This document shows, piece after piece, positions 1 to 12,770 of a DNA stretch of 64,000 bases (position 1 is its first letter; each line of letters begins with the position of its first letter). This DNA is from Macrostomum lignano (taxonomy: Eukaryota): assembly GCA_002269645.1 (NCBI GenBank), contig NIVC01002340.1:118183-182182 (forward strand), read 5' to 3'. Below the pieces are notes generated by a model. It was not told the origin of the DNA. It saw only the letters and a list, made by a program, of their open reading frames with translations, and did no database searches. Position numbers and translations under genes: made by a program.

Positions 1-455
1 CCACAGGTGAGACTTCAGCGCCAATTTAGCGCCTCAGGTCAGACTTTAGCGCCAATTTAGCGCCACAGGTCAGACTTTAGCGCCAATTTAGCGCCACAGG
101 TCAGACTTAAGCGCCTCAGGTAAGACTTAAGCGCCACAGGTGAGACTTCAGCGGCTCAGCGCCAATTTAGCGCCACAGGTGAGACTTCAGCACAAATTTA
201 GCGCCACAGGTGAGACTTTAGCGCCACAGGTGAGACTTTAGCGCCACAGGTGAGACTTTAGCGCCAATTTAGCGCCAGAGGTGAGACTTTAGCGCCAATT
301 TAGCGCCACAGGTCAGACTCTAGCGCCAATTTAGCGCCACAGGTCAGACTTAAGCGCAAATTTAGCGCCACAGGTGAGACTTTAGCGCCAATTTAGCGCT
401 ACAGGTGAGACTTTAGCGCCACAGGTGACTTAAGCGCCGATTTAATGCCGCAGGT
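1..455. repeat. Minisatellite, ~29-bp unit (gcgccacaggtgagactttagcgccaattta) with ~18-bp variants, in ATP23 intron 1
   Basis: Tandem copies are directly visible and the array runs off the window start. Confidence 0.95.
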
Positions 456-523
456 GTGATTTTTTCCGGTCAGGGAACATTCAGGGAAGTAATTCAGACA
501 AGTAAACACACAAACTACTCAAC

Positions 524-862
524 CTGTTTCCTCATAGGATCGTAGCCGCCGCTAAAGCTGAACCGGCACCGTTCGCAGGAGACATTTCTCGACAGTGTAA
601 AACTGCAGCCGCGACTTCGAATAGCCACAATTAAGTAGCGAATAAACGGATCCGTCATCGAGCAGTCCAGCACGTTTTTTAAGCATCGATTGTGGCGCCA
701 GGCGCGAAAGCCGATAAACCTGGCCGGCGCTTTGTAATCGGCGCCAGGGTCGCGTTTGGGGAACACGGAGTAGCCGTAATCTTCAGACGATGGGGCCGAC
801 TTGGACGCTGATGATTCATCCGCTGCTGTTGACGCCGAAGACGGCTGACGCTCTGAAGGCAT
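524..862 (-). CDS. ATP23: Mitochondrial inner membrane protease ATP23, exon 1 (rest of gene lies beyond the window start)
   Basis: Translation ...DPFIRYLIVAIRSRGCSF...VSCERC..SFSGGYDP..KQ matches the ATP23 N-terminal SCExC...SGGF/YD region. ATG at 862-860 is preceded by tttccag, and the donor CAG|GTTGAG is at 524/523. Confidence 0.88.
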
Positions 863-1086
863 CGCTGGAAATTTTGATTTTCATCAGGTGAAAGGCCGAC
901 AAAGAGTTCACTTTATAGTCAATGCAAAGCCTTTTAAACACGCACAAAATACACACTACATGTAATTGCTATCTTAAGCTTAATCCAGTATTCAGTACGC
1001 ACGAAGGAATATGTTGATAGGCTGTAGGGGATCTAAATCTCTTAAGCTCTATATAGTGACTTTATACTGTCCATTAGGCTCTATAT

Positions 1087-1384
1087 TAAATAATAATAAT
1101 AACTGATTACACCTGCCTCAATTGGGCTAGGTGTGCCACCGACAGCTCAGCCGCAGCTATTGCATCTGAAGGCTGCGTACGGCTGTTCAGTCCAAGGACT
1201 GGGGGGTCGCCACACACAGCCTCAATTACCCCAGCTAATGCTGGCACCCATTTTACAGCTGGGTGAACTGAAGCAATGCAGAGTTGCTTTGCTGAAGGAC
1301 ACAGATTGTTCCAATGGGATCGGGAATCGAACCCTCGACCTTCCAGTCGTGAGTCCGACGCTCTGACCACTAGACTACAACCAC
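1087..1384 (-). mobile_element. tRNA-derived SINE with CORE-like central domain, (TAA)n tail and 12-bp TSD
   Basis: Minus strand shows A box TAGTCTAGTGG, B box GGTTCGATTCC and body tgtgtccttcagcaaagcaactctgcattgcttcagttcacccagctgtaaaatggg, which resembles the MIR/CORE consensus. taggctctatat is repeated at 1075-1086 and 1385-1396. Confidence 0.85.
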
Positions 1385-2142
1385 TAGGCTCTATATATAG
1401 TGAGCTAAATCACCCAGACTCTCTATAGCGACCTAAATACCCGAGGTTCCATATATAGTAACCTAAATCGATCAAGACTCTAATGGCCTAATACAATTAT
1501 CTATTAAGCTTTGGCGACCTAAAAATTTCCTAATTAAGCAAACCATAATGATACAAAAAGTTAAAAGAATTTATAGAAGAAGCGCCACACACTTTTACCA
1601 ACACATTGAGCATACAATACTTTGTTTTAATGCAATTTGAGCAACAACACATTAATTACTCAAAATTAGGAAATCAGTCTGTTACAACAAAAAACAATTA
1701 AGCCGGATAATAGAAATTACGCGTAGGCTTGAAAAAACTCAATAAAAAACAAAATAATAATAATGAGCTATATTCATATTCTAGCAACATTGTTTTTATT
1801 CTGCAAAGATGTTATTAAAGTAGAAACCTGAATACCTGCATAGATAGATGGTACGTCCCGACAGTAAAATACAAATGCAGATTCTCAATTATATTTGTCA
1901 ATTTATTAATAACTAATTATAGAATTCATAATAAGCTAAACACGCTACTGACAAGTAGCCAACCAAAGCATTTTTCTGAATACAAAACAAGAGAGAAATA
2001 ACGATCGAGCATTGATTAGAGGTAGGAAAATACCAATTGGTTATGAACAAGAGTAAAAGACACTTAAATGATATGTTCAAAAAAGGTCATGGACATTCTA
2101 GGGGCTTTTAGGGGTACATCTGAGCACGGTTTTTTAAGATTA

Positions 2143-3137
2143 TTCTCAAGGTGAGTTAGAGACTGTTCTCATGGTGAGTTAGAGAGACTGTTCTCATGGT
2201 GAGTTAGAGAGACTGTTCTCATGGTGAGTTAGAGAGACTGTTCTCAAGGTGAGTTAGAGACTGTTCTCATGGTGAGTTAGAGAGACTGTTCTCATGGTGA
2301 GTTAGAGAGACTGTTCTCATGGTGAGTTAGAGAGACTGTTCTCATGGTGAGTTAGAGACTGTTCTCATGGTGAGTTAGAGAGACTGTTCTCATGGTGAGT
2401 TAGAGAGACTGTTCTCATGGTGAGTCAGAGAGACTGTTCTCATGGTGAGTTAGAGACTGTTCTCATGGTGAGTTAGAGACTGTTCTCATGGTGAGTCAGA
2501 GAGACTGTTCTCATGGTGAGTTAGAGACTGTTCTCATGGTGAGTCAGAGAGACTGTTCTCATGGTGAGTTACAGACTGTTCTCATGGTGAGTTAGAGACT
2601 GTTCTCATGGTGAGTTAGAGACTGTTCTCATGGTGAGTTAGAGACTGTTCTCATGGTGAGTTAGAGACTGTTCTCATGGTGAGTTAGAGAGACTGTTCTC
2701 ATGGTGAGTTAGAGACTGTTCTCATGGTGAGTTAGAGACTGTTCTCATGGTGAGTTAGAGACTGTTCTCATGGTGAGTCAGAGACTGTTCTCATGGTGAG
2801 TCAGAGAGACTGTTCTCATGGTGAGTTAGAGACTGTTCTCATGGTGAGTTAGAGAGACTGTTCTCATGGTGAGTTAGAGACTGTTCTCATGGTGAGTTAG
2901 AGACTGTTCTCATGGTGAGTTAGAGACTGTTCTCATGGTGAGTTAGAGAGACTGTTCTCATGGTGAGTCAGAGAGACTGTTCTCATGGTGAGTCAGAGAG
3001 ACTGTTCTCATGGTGAGTTAGAGACTGTTCTCATGGTGAGTCAGAGAGACTGTTCTCATGGTGAGTTAGAGAGACTGTTCTCATGGTGAGTTAGAGACTG
3101 TTCTCATGGTGAGTTAGAGACTGTTCTCATGGTGAGT
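2143..3137. repeat. Minisatellite, 21/23-bp unit gactgttctcatggtgagttaga(ga), ~45 copies, just downstream of the SEPSECS stop
   Basis: Directly visible tandem array. Confidence 0.97.
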
Positions 3138-3240
3138 AAATGAGTTAGAGACGGTACTCAGGATGGTTTGGATAAAAGTCTACTAAGTTTAGAGAATATA
3201 TTTGTTCCGGTTTTTGAAGGCTATGAATAAAGACAGGTGG

Positions 3241-6200
3241 TCATCCTAAATCCTCAGTCAGTTGGTCTTTACTGTAATCATTATCACCCTGCTCATCAGC
3301 ATCGGCGACATGACTGTCAATCTCGCGCTGGCGAAACTCCTTAGTCAGCAGGCTGTCCAACACGACTAGAAATGAGTCGACTTCCGTTTCCGACATGCCC
3401 AGGCCTGCGGCAGCGTTCAGATAGGGCGCGAACGGATATGCGGTCTGATGAGCGCCGTAGCCCTGGCAGATTGAAGAAACAAATATTTATTCAAAATTTT
3501 TTAACAGTCAATCACCTGTTTGAGAGCATTTACTCGAAAAAAATTAACAGTAAAAGTTATGCACACATGAAACACAATAAATCTATGCTTTTTTGAGTCA
3601 GTAAGGCCGTGTGTGCACCCTGGCGCACTTTAAGCGACATTGTCACACAACCGTCGAGAGGCATCACTGCCCATTCCGCCAACTCCCCTGAGCAGGCACA
3701 CACTCACACGGGAGTGTACAGCGGCCCTAACTTTATTTATGGTTAGGCATGTACACTTCACTGTGCCTTAAGCAGAGCAGAACCAAGCCGAGATTCCAAT
3801 TGTGACTGCACTTGGAATCGAGCCTGGCCCGCTGGCACATCAGAGCGCCGCGCCAGACCGCTGGGCTACGGCAGAGTTACGAGCTAAACAGATATCAGAG
3901 GATTTGAGTTACAAACTCACAAGCCATTGGTGATTCTGGGGATTTCAGTTCGATGGGATTTCAGTTCTTTGGGTCCTACACTGAAGGATACGAAAAGTTC
4001 TATGGGATTTTATTTCATGTGTCATTACGGCCCCCATTTGTACTAGTTAATATTTGTTTCTGTTTGTTTAAATAATGCAGGTAGGCGATGGCAGGGTGTC
4101 GAGTAGCCGAACTCACAGCTTAGCGATGTGAAGGACTGAAAGTAGTCGACCCACACAAGTTAGACGGTTTGTTTGAAATCTCGTAGAAGTGTTTAGGGAC
4201 GGTAGTTAGGGTCACTTCTCGCTGCATGGCATACAGTAGCCTAAGCGTTGCCTTCGACCTTCGCCGCCTACAGCTTGACTAAGAGGCACTCACGACGCCT
4301 TGCAAATTGAAAAAAAACAGCAATGCAGGTGTATGGAAAGTCTCAACCAGTTATTGAATTCCTCTGGCTGAAACCTGGGGGGGGGGGGGGGGCAGAGCCG
4401 TTCAACGGAAAACGCATTTGACTTTCGCGCCACGGTTCGATGTTCTCATGCCAGACGATTAGAAAGTCAGGACCGCGCTGTACACCCAGTGTGAGCGTGT
4501 GTATGAGTGCGCGCCTGCCGGCCTACGAATATCTACGTATTGGCTGACACCTGAGCAGAAGTATGGCTTGCTTCTGCTTCCCATTAAACAGGTATTTCAA
4601 CACATCCGTTCGAAACCCGGACTGGCACACTCTACCTACCTGAAACTCGTATCCTTCAATGCTGACTCGCTTGTCGTCTCCAGCAACCACTCTTGCGCCG
4701 GAGCAGCCGCGCCGGAACAGAGCGGCGCCGAGGCGCCCCGGGTCACTGCCGCCACTGCTACTGCCGCTGCCACGGAGACACAGAGCCAACGAAATCGGAT
4801 TCTTTCCCGTGTCGAGCAGGCGCACGCAATCGCTATGTCTGCCGGCTAAGCTGGCCAGGCCGTCGCGCAGTCGGGTGTAGGCAGCCGCTCTCTGATCCAA
4901 CAGCCTGGCGAAGCCAGATCGGCCCAGGTGCAGCAGGGTCAGCAGGGCGTCAGTGGATGGCGAGGCTGATGCTCGGCCCGGATAGGTGGCGGCTACCCGA
5001 CTGACGACGGCCGCGTCCGGCCCGGCAATGACGGCGCCGCCAACCGGCACCAGGAGATTCTTGTCGCAGGACTGGACAAATAGATCCAGCCGGCCTTTGG
5101 TGCTGGCGTCGTTTATCAAGTTCATGCAGCGGGAGGCCTGCGGAGCGGCGCCATTGTTTACTTTCTATACATATCGGTAGGCCGGGGTCGGATACATTGC
5201 ATTGATTTGTTGGCAAGAGGAGGCAACTGATATTAAAGGGACAAAGCGGCAACCAGCTAAGATCAAAGGGGCAAAGCGGCAACCAGCTGAAGATCAAAGG
5301 GGGGAAGCGACAACCAGCTGAAGATCAAAGGGGGGAAGCGGCAACCAGCTGAAGATCAAAGGGGGGAAGCGACAACCAGCTGAAGATCAAAGGGGGGAAG
5401 CGACAACCAGCTGAAGATCAAAGGGGGGAAGCGACAACCAGCTGAAGATCAAAGGGGGGAAGCGGCAACCAGCTGAAGATCAAAGGGGCAAAGCGGCAAC
5501 CAGCTGAAGATCAAAGGGGGGAAGCGACAACAAGCTGAAGATCAAAGGGGGGAAGCGGCAACCAGCTGAAGATCAAAGGGGCTAAGCGACAACCAGCTGA
5601 AGATCAAAGGGGCTAAGCGACAACCAGCTGAAGATCAAAGGGGGGAAGCGGCAACCAGCTGAAGATCAAAGGGGGGAAGCGACAACAAGCTGAAGATCTA
5701 AATACATGTACGAAATTTCCCACAGAAACCTGCCTCGTAGTAGAATTAAGAATTCATGGTACTACATAAATATCGCTAACGCTACCTGAACTCCGTAAGC
5801 ATTATTGACAATATGCGGCAAGCCGAACTCGGCGCACAATTTGGCCACATCAGCCAGACGATCCGGCACTCTGGGCGCAAAACAGCTAGTAGTGGTCATC
5901 ACGGCTACAATACTGTCTGGCCCATGCTGCTCTATTAAAGATCGCACAGCGGTCACATCTGTGACTAGCTGATCGCCGTCTAGCAGGGGCTCAATCGGTA
6001 CAGGTGTAAATCCTGCAGTGATGATGGCTTTGAAACAGGATTTCTGGTCAATCCGAGGCCACAGTACCAGTTTTGCGTTGGATGGTCGAGACGATCTCAG
6101 CGACAGAAGGCAGAGGCAGAGCGCCATGCCTATTGATGAGGAAAGAATTTTTACTAGAGTCAGGGAGGCTGTCAGCTAGCACCCTAACGCACTCTAAGCG

Positions 6201-9200
6201 ACACCCAATCCCAATCTGCAGACTCCCCTGAGCAGGCGCACAAGCGCACGGGTAAGTACGCAGTCATACGCACAGGAACAGACTCAAACCTATGAACAAT
6301 GAATATGAACAATCTATGGCAACTATTGTAGAAATATTATACGAATCATTTGGCTTATTGATTTATTAAGTGTAGGCACTACATTTTAGCATATAATTAG
6401 GGTTTGGCAAGTGGTTATTAGAAAAAAGGAACATATTTAATCAGGATAAGTAAATGAGTAAATGTTATATACAAATAATCTGTGGTAGCTTCTTAGTCTC
6501 TGTAAGAGCCTCATTCCTCTACTTGAAGTGAGGCACCTACAGTAGGCTCTGTAGTGTGTAGCTAACATTCTATTATTGAATGAATACTATCATAGTATTT
6601 ATATTTCCATGCAATATGGAAATTGCATGCTAGCTGTATGCCACTTTCTTAATAATCCATTTCAGCACATTTGGAACCCTGGCTGGCCTACATGCTGGAT
6701 TGATCTATAATGGCAATGGCCTTCCAATATGTTGAAGGTCGCAGATGATCTAGGTTACTTTTCCATGACAGGAACTTGTTCAAGTGTAATCGCAAGATTA
6801 ATAACAAGGAGTATTACACATGTCGCAACAACTGTGCTGATAAGGTCACCCTTGAAGGCGACATCTTGACAGCTAATGGACAGCATTCCCATGCTCCAGT
6901 GCTAGATGAAGAAGTCCAGAAAATGACCCTGAAGCAGAAAATGAACGATGCAGCTACACATCAGCCATCAAAACGCCTACGGACATTGTTTGATGAGGTG
7001 TCCAGTGCAGATGAAGCAGGCAATGCTGTTGGATTCCCACAGGTAGAGCTTAGAATGTGGCGCGCTAGGCGCTCAGTGCAACCTCGCATCCCCAATTCCA
7101 TTAAGGAGGCCATCCAGCTGATCGAGTCTGAAGATCTTGGCCTTCAACACTGTGGCGTTGACAGCATGCGCATCTACCAGGGCAGCATAAGAAGCAATGA
7201 GCATGCTGGACTGTTCTTTGCACACCCTGACTTGCTGGAGCAGCTACAAGATGCTGACCAAGTGTTCGTCGATGGGACATTTCAAGTTGTCCCACGCCTA
7301 TTCTATTAATTGCTGACTGTCGGTGTGTCAAAGCAGGGATGCTTCCTGCCCTGTTTTGTTGCGCTTTTGACTGGAAAATCTAAGGCGGTCTACCACATGG
7401 TCTGGAGCAAGCTGCAAGTTGTGTCAAACATTTCAACCACAGACTGTTATGAGTGACTTCGAAATGGCCCTTCGTGACTCCTTTAGAGGCCTTTCCTGAT
7501 GCCACGCCCCATGAGTTGTTTCTTTCATTTTGCCCAGGCAGTGTTGGCCAAGATGAAGAAAATTGGCCTGTGGCCCGACATCTGCCGCAACATGGACATC
7601 CGGCGTTATGCTCGGCTCCTCATGAGTCTTCCGCTGCTGCCAGCAGAACACATCGCTCCAGTGCATGCGCTTCTGCGGCCTGAAGCATTTGTCAATGGTG
7701 CTGCAGAGCCAAAGCTCCAGCTGCTCCGCACGGTGCACAGCTACATCCGGACCTTCTGGCTAGAAAAGGTTGGTGCACAGATCATTTCAGTCCACAATTG
7801 CAAGGAGCGCACCAACAACAATGAAGAAAGCTACCACAATCGCTGGAGAAGCTTTGTTAAGTCTTCGCATACCAACACGTGGGACTTCATCGTTGCGTTG
7901 TACTGCTCGCCAACACGCAGCATTTGTTCTACCCAAATGGTGGAACAAATTTGGTGGAACAAAAAGTTCTCGGCCCAACCTAGAAAGGATAAGACTATTG
8001 AAATGAAAACTGAATATCTACTTAAGCAACTATTACTTACTTATATGAGCTTATTCTGACTTTCTGCCTTTCAGCTTTGCATGCCCTAATAGAACCTAAA
8101 GTTAGTACCCCCTTGTTTTTCAGCAAAATGTCAAAAATCGAGTTCCGTGCAATCATAAAGTTTTTAGTGAAAGAGGGTGAGACTCCAACCAATATTCACC
8201 AACGCCTGCATGCTGTCTACCCGGATTCTTGCCCGTCATTTTCCACTACCATATCAAGGCTTGGGCAGCCGAATTCAAGCGGGGCAGAGAGAGCATAGAA
8301 GATGACCCCCGCAGTGGCCGGCCTTCAACAGCATGCACTGAAGAGAACAGCTTGGCCGTGGAGAAGCTCATCATGGCTGACAGGAAACTGTCAATGAGTG
8401 AAATAGCCACTACTCTGGGCATCTCTTATGGCTCGGTTTCAACCATTGTGCATGATTTTCTTCAGATGCAGAAAGTCAAAAGCAAGTGGGTACCCAGAAT
8501 TCTCACTGTCCAAATGAGGGCTGATCGGGTAGCCTGCTGCAAGGAGCTGCTCGCATTCTTTGATGAATCACCGGATGACTTTCTAGCCCGAGTTGTAACC
8601 GGTGATGAAAGCTGGGTTCACCACTACGATCCCGAGACTCAGATGGAATCGCGTCAGAGGAAGCACCGAGATTCACCACCACCATCCCGCCCACTGAGCA
8701 AGGCCTCTGCTGGGAAGATTCTGATGACAGTCTTCTGGGACTGCAATGGCGTGCTGCTAGTGGACTTCTTGGGCAACAAGCAGACAATCAATGGTGCTTA
8801 CTACGCCCAGCTGATCAGCCGTCTGCGCGATGCAGTCAAGCAGAAACGCCGTGGGAAGCTGACCCATGGTGTGCTGCTGCTGCACGACAACGCCCCTGTC
8901 CACAAGTCTCGAGTTGCACAGTGTGCCATCCGTGAAGCAGGGTTCGAAGAACTAAATCACCCACCCTACTCACCAGACATAGCCCCAGTGACTTCTTCCT
9001 ATTTGCCAATTTGAAGAAGGACCTCCGTGGCAAGCAGTTCAGCACCGATCATGAGCTGGTGCAGGCTGTGAGCAGCTGGTTTGAGTCAAAACATGTGGAC
9101 TTCTACCACTCAGGCATCAGTCGGCTGCGCGATCGGTGGCTGCGGGTGCTGAATGCTGATGGGCAGTACATTGAGTGACTATAAAAATTTTGAGCCTCAC

Positions 9201-12089
9201 TGCCATCTTTATAGGTTAGGCCGAGAACTTTTTGATCCACCTGGTATGTAGCAGACTTGTGTAGGCTCCAGCGCGACTTGCCCGTTCGGCGACTTCGGAA
9301 GACTCAAAGCATTTTGAAAGATGCAAGAATCCGCCAGCAGTGAGCTTCTTCGCACTGGCCAGTGCACGCCACTTGAGGCTTTGCGCAGACTTTCACAGTC
9401 TGCCAGCAACTTCATGCCAGCAGTTGATGGCAAGGGCGATGGATAGCCGCACCCTGACGTCGGCCAACCGGGTCCCGGTGGCGGCGATGGACAGCTGGAC
9501 GATGATCAAGATCAACCAGTCATTGATTTGCATAGTCACCGCAGGTGCCCAGTGTGTCTGGAAAACTCTGCTTCAGTTTCAGCCATATTTCCTTGCGGTC
9601 ATGTCATTTGTTCTGGCTGTGCTGAAGGCATTCGCATTAGGCAGCTACTACAGTGCCCTGTCTGTCGAAGTGAGTGTATAATGTTCGTTCCGCTTTTCTT
9701 TTAATTGAACATGTTTGCACTCCAGCGGGCAGTTTTTGCAATGGGACCAATTTCTTGAAAGGTAGTGACGAAATGAAAACTTTGTGACGCTTAGTGATAA
9801 GCATTCTATTTCATAAGTACTTTTAGTACTTATTTCAAGGACTCGTAAAACGTGACCCGATTTTCATAGCATCACTCAGTATGTACTTATGACTTCCATC
9901 GCACTCGTCCGTGCTCCGCAAATCGATAATGAGCGGCGAATTGACACCCATGAACGCTGTGTTTTTTGTATGTTGTCATGTCGGCACAAAAGCTCAAACA
10001 ATACCAATGGCATTCACTTATTCTATTCAGAACTTTGAATAGTCCCTATTCAGAATTATAACCCCAATTATTCAACAATCATTAATGCTGTCAAACTTTT
10101 ACATTTATCGCACCATATACCAACCTTTACCACTATCTTAAATAGGCTCGCCCCGCACGAGTTAAAATACCGGCGCCTCGCCTTTCGTTCAAAGCCAGTG
10201 ACCATGCGGAACTGAATATATTCTTTATGGATCTTCCGTCACTTGAATAGCATTTGCCACTTGTCTGATGTTGCAAATTTCATGCAATAAGCTAGTATAT
10301 ATATTTTACTTGTAGTATATATGTTTAATGCATTTTTCTGTTCTTACCGTATCAAACTCCTTTGCCACATAAGAATTTTCGTAGCATTCACACCCATGCG
10401 TAATATTTGATGTTCTCCTGCTGCCCGTCATTGCTGCGATGAGTAGAATTTGCTACTCGTCTGATGTTCCGAAATTACGCAATAGGCTACTAGCATCAGA
10501 TAGTTTGTTTCAGTTTGTCTTATTTCAGTGTTTGGACTGTTGCGAACTTGCTTCCTTTTTTGCTGCTTCGTCGTTACCACGAAATACTTTTATTTGTAGT
10601 AAATATTTTTATTTGATCCTCTACTCGCTAAAATATACAAGTTACAGGCTTCGCTAAGCCCATGAGTTTCCAAAAGCAAGTTCATATCAATATTTTTCAG
10701 TAAAGCAACGACGACCAAGATTGTTTCAATAATTATTACTAGCTGTTTTTTTATTCTGCGGCCATTACGGGTACAGACCCCTTTGACAAGCTACACTGGT
10801 CATACTGTTACAAGTACGTCGTATATACTGACAATTGTGACTTGGCAAATTGCTCCCAGCATTGCAACTAACGTTCCAGAGCCCCAAAGTATTTCGTTGG
10901 TAATGCCTTACGCTACATTTGGCCTATAAGTAAATGCCTTCGTGGATATAAACGCAAACAACCATAGGGTAGGAAATGGAGCTGTTAAAATTCCACATCA
11001 TATGTCATATGATGCTGAAGCATCAAAGTCCGAAAAATAAGTTATAAAAATTAAAGTCAGGGAGGAAATTACTTTGTCATTCTGCTCTCGCCTTCGAGTG
11101 TAAATTTCATAAAGCATGTGAATGTTCTTGGTCATTATAAAATTTGTTACGTCAGAAGCAAGCACGAACGAAGCACTCAACTTTTTGTGAACAGTGAGTA
11201 GTGAAATTTATTGTTCATTTTGCATTTTGAGTTTTCGGTCTTATGAAGTTTCGGTCTTGTGAAGGGCCCTGCATTTTGAGTTTTCGGCGTTGTGAAATTT
11301 CGGTCTTATGAAGTTTCGTGCAGCAGTTTTCGGCGTTGTGAAATTTCAGTCTTATGAAAGCGACCCCCGGGAATTCATTTCTATGGAATTTCAGTTCTAT
11401 TGGATTTCAGATCTATGGGATTTCAGTTCTATAGGATTTCAGTTCCATGGGGTTTCAGTTCCGGGGATTTCAGTTTCAGATACTTCATTTATCGACCAAA
11501 TCGACAAGACGAGTTCCAATCGCTCATGTTAATAAATATTACACTGAAGGTTACGACAACATTATCTATGTAAAGACCGAATTTATACTATACTCGTATA
11601 TAAACATCTAGGCCACTTGCCGTTAAACAACCTACTAGTCAGCTCACCTGTAGCCACCGGAATCAGCACGGCACATTTAGCCGCTTTCGGGCAGCCGAAT
11701 TGTCTCAGCCAATCTCCCAGCAGGCTATTCGTTAAACTATTAATAACAGACGAGCCGGCAGCTTTCGGCTGGCCGGCGGTGACGTCACCGGACCGGCCGA
11801 TGCCGTGGGCCAGGCCGAAGTGCCGCCTGTATACCAGCGGGCACACTACTCGGCCTTCTCGTTCGCCAACGCCGATGCAACTGCCGGAGTTGGCATTGTT
11901 CATGTCTAGTAGGGCCAGCTCCCGGATTAGCAGCTCCAGCTCCGGCTCTGACCAGCCTTGCTCGGGCAGGCGGCGCTGGCTAAGCAGATGGCTGAGTCGA
12001 TTCTCAAAGCCGCGCCGCCAGCCTAGAGCCGGCTGCAGATGGCGCTGGTCTACAAGGCGGCCCAGAGCCAGCAGGTTGTCCGAGTTCAT
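3241..12089 (-). CDS. SEPSECS: O-phosphoseryl-tRNA(Sec) selenium transferase (eukaryotic selenocysteine synthase), 4 exons, ~501 aa
   Basis: Exons 12089-11648, 6129-5786, 5137-4640 and 3462-3241 all have GT-AG boundaries with consistent phases. Motifs: [93 protein letters not shown]. The last exon ([23 protein letters not shown]...) is absent from the ORF track. Confidence 0.97.
3601..3876 (-). mobile_element. tRNA-derived SINE family A, CpG-intact copy (SEPSECS intron 3)
   Basis: Head tagcccagcgg...ggctcgattcc (A/B boxes). Homologous copies lie at ~16375, ~33595 and ~37921, with a fragment at ~6170. Confidence 0.85.
4395..4540 (+). mobile_element. SINE-like element family B (shares its central domain with family A)
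   Basis: B-box-like ggttcgatg followed by catgccagacgattagaaagtcaggaccgcgctgtacacccagtgtgagcgtgtg, similar to 56050-56260 and to the family A body. Confidence 0.6.
5225..5700. repeat. Minisatellite, ~30-bp unit caaccagctgaagatcaaaggggggaagcg, in SEPSECS intron 2
   Basis: Directly visible tandem array. Confidence 0.95.
6710..9704 (+). pseudogene. Degenerate Mutator-like (MULE/Phantom-type) transposase: FLYWCH - MULE DDE - C-terminal C3HC4 RING, interrupted by a mariner
   Basis: ATG at 6710 is followed by [12 protein letters not shown]...YYTC..C...GQHSH (FLYWCH-like), [25 protein letters not shown] and [10 protein letters not shown]. The frame resumes after the mariner ([16 protein letters not shown]) and ends [28 protein letters not shown]...QCPVCR* (9546-9704). 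Several stops and frameshifts are present. Confidence 0.85.
7932..9244 (+). mobile_element. Mariner (DD34D) element, ~1.3 kb, TA TSD, transposase with two frameshifts
   Basis: TA flanks at 7930-31 and 9245-46. TIR core ggtgga(a/t)caaaaagttctcggcc(c/t)aacct occurs at both ends. ATG 8128 to TGA 9178 carries [23 protein letters not shown] and YSPDIAP(S)D, with 34 residues between D2 and D3. Confidence 0.95.
11220..11480. repeat. Short degenerate repeat clusters (tttcggtcttatgaag; ggatttcagttc), likely DNA-transposon subterminal repeats
   Basis: Visible motif clusters. The ggatttcagttc motif recurs at ~3940-3975. Confidence 0.5.
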
Positions 12090-12233
12090 TGTCGTAACTC
12101 GTGTAGATTAGCTTTATGGCATAGATTTGGCTGAGCTAGAATGGATGAGATGTGCTTTCATCACAAACTGGAAATAGGAATAGCAATAATAATCCTCTCG
12201 ATAAGGGAGGCAAAAAACAAATGAATAAGAAAT

Positions 12234-12770
12234 ATGGCACCTCAGAATCGCCTCTTGAGCCTTGGCACCTCAAGAATCGCCTCTTGAGCCTTGGCATCTC
12301 AGCACCCCCTCGAGCCTTGGCACCTCAGAATCGCCTCTTGAGCCTTGGCATCTCAACACCCCCTCTTGACTTTGGCATCTCAGCATTCCTTCTTGAGCCT
12401 TGGCATCTCAGCATTCCTTCTTGAGCCTTGGCATCTCAGCACCCCCCCCTGAGCCTTGGCACCTCAGAATCGCCTCTTGAGCCTTGGCACCTCAAGAATC
12501 GCCTCTTGAGCCTTGGCATCTCAGCACCCCCTCGAGCCTTGGCACCTCAGAATCGCCTCTTGAGCCTTGGCATCTCAGCACCCCCTCTTGAGCATTGGCA
12601 TCTCAGCACCCCTCTTGAGCCTTGGCATCTCAACACCCCCTCTTGACTTTGGCATCTCAGCATTCCTTCTTGAGCCTTGGCATCTCAGCATTCCTTCTTG
12701 AGCCTTGGCATCTCAGCACCCCCTCTTGAGCCTTGGCATCTCAGCATTCCTTCTTGAGCATTGGAAACTC
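12234..12770. repeat. Minisatellite, 26-28-bp unit cctcttgagccttggcatctcagca..., upstream of the SEPSECS ATG
   Basis: Directly visible tandem array. Confidence 0.93.

Noticed and set aside
1320-1384. SINE heads (also 3820-3876 and 38085-38150) as genuine tRNA genes
   Set aside because: A/B boxes are present, but there is no acceptor stem, and each is followed by a repeat body, tail or TSD.
4081-4271. Possible MITE with gtaggcg termini in SEPSECS intron 3
   Set aside because: The inverted match is only about 7 bp and no TSD was found.
4499-5297. Overlapping or antisense ORFs over SEPSECS exons, and similarly over gag-pol, GT13 and 56-57 kb
   Set aside because: They are shadow ORFs of GC-rich coding sequence with no recognisable domains.
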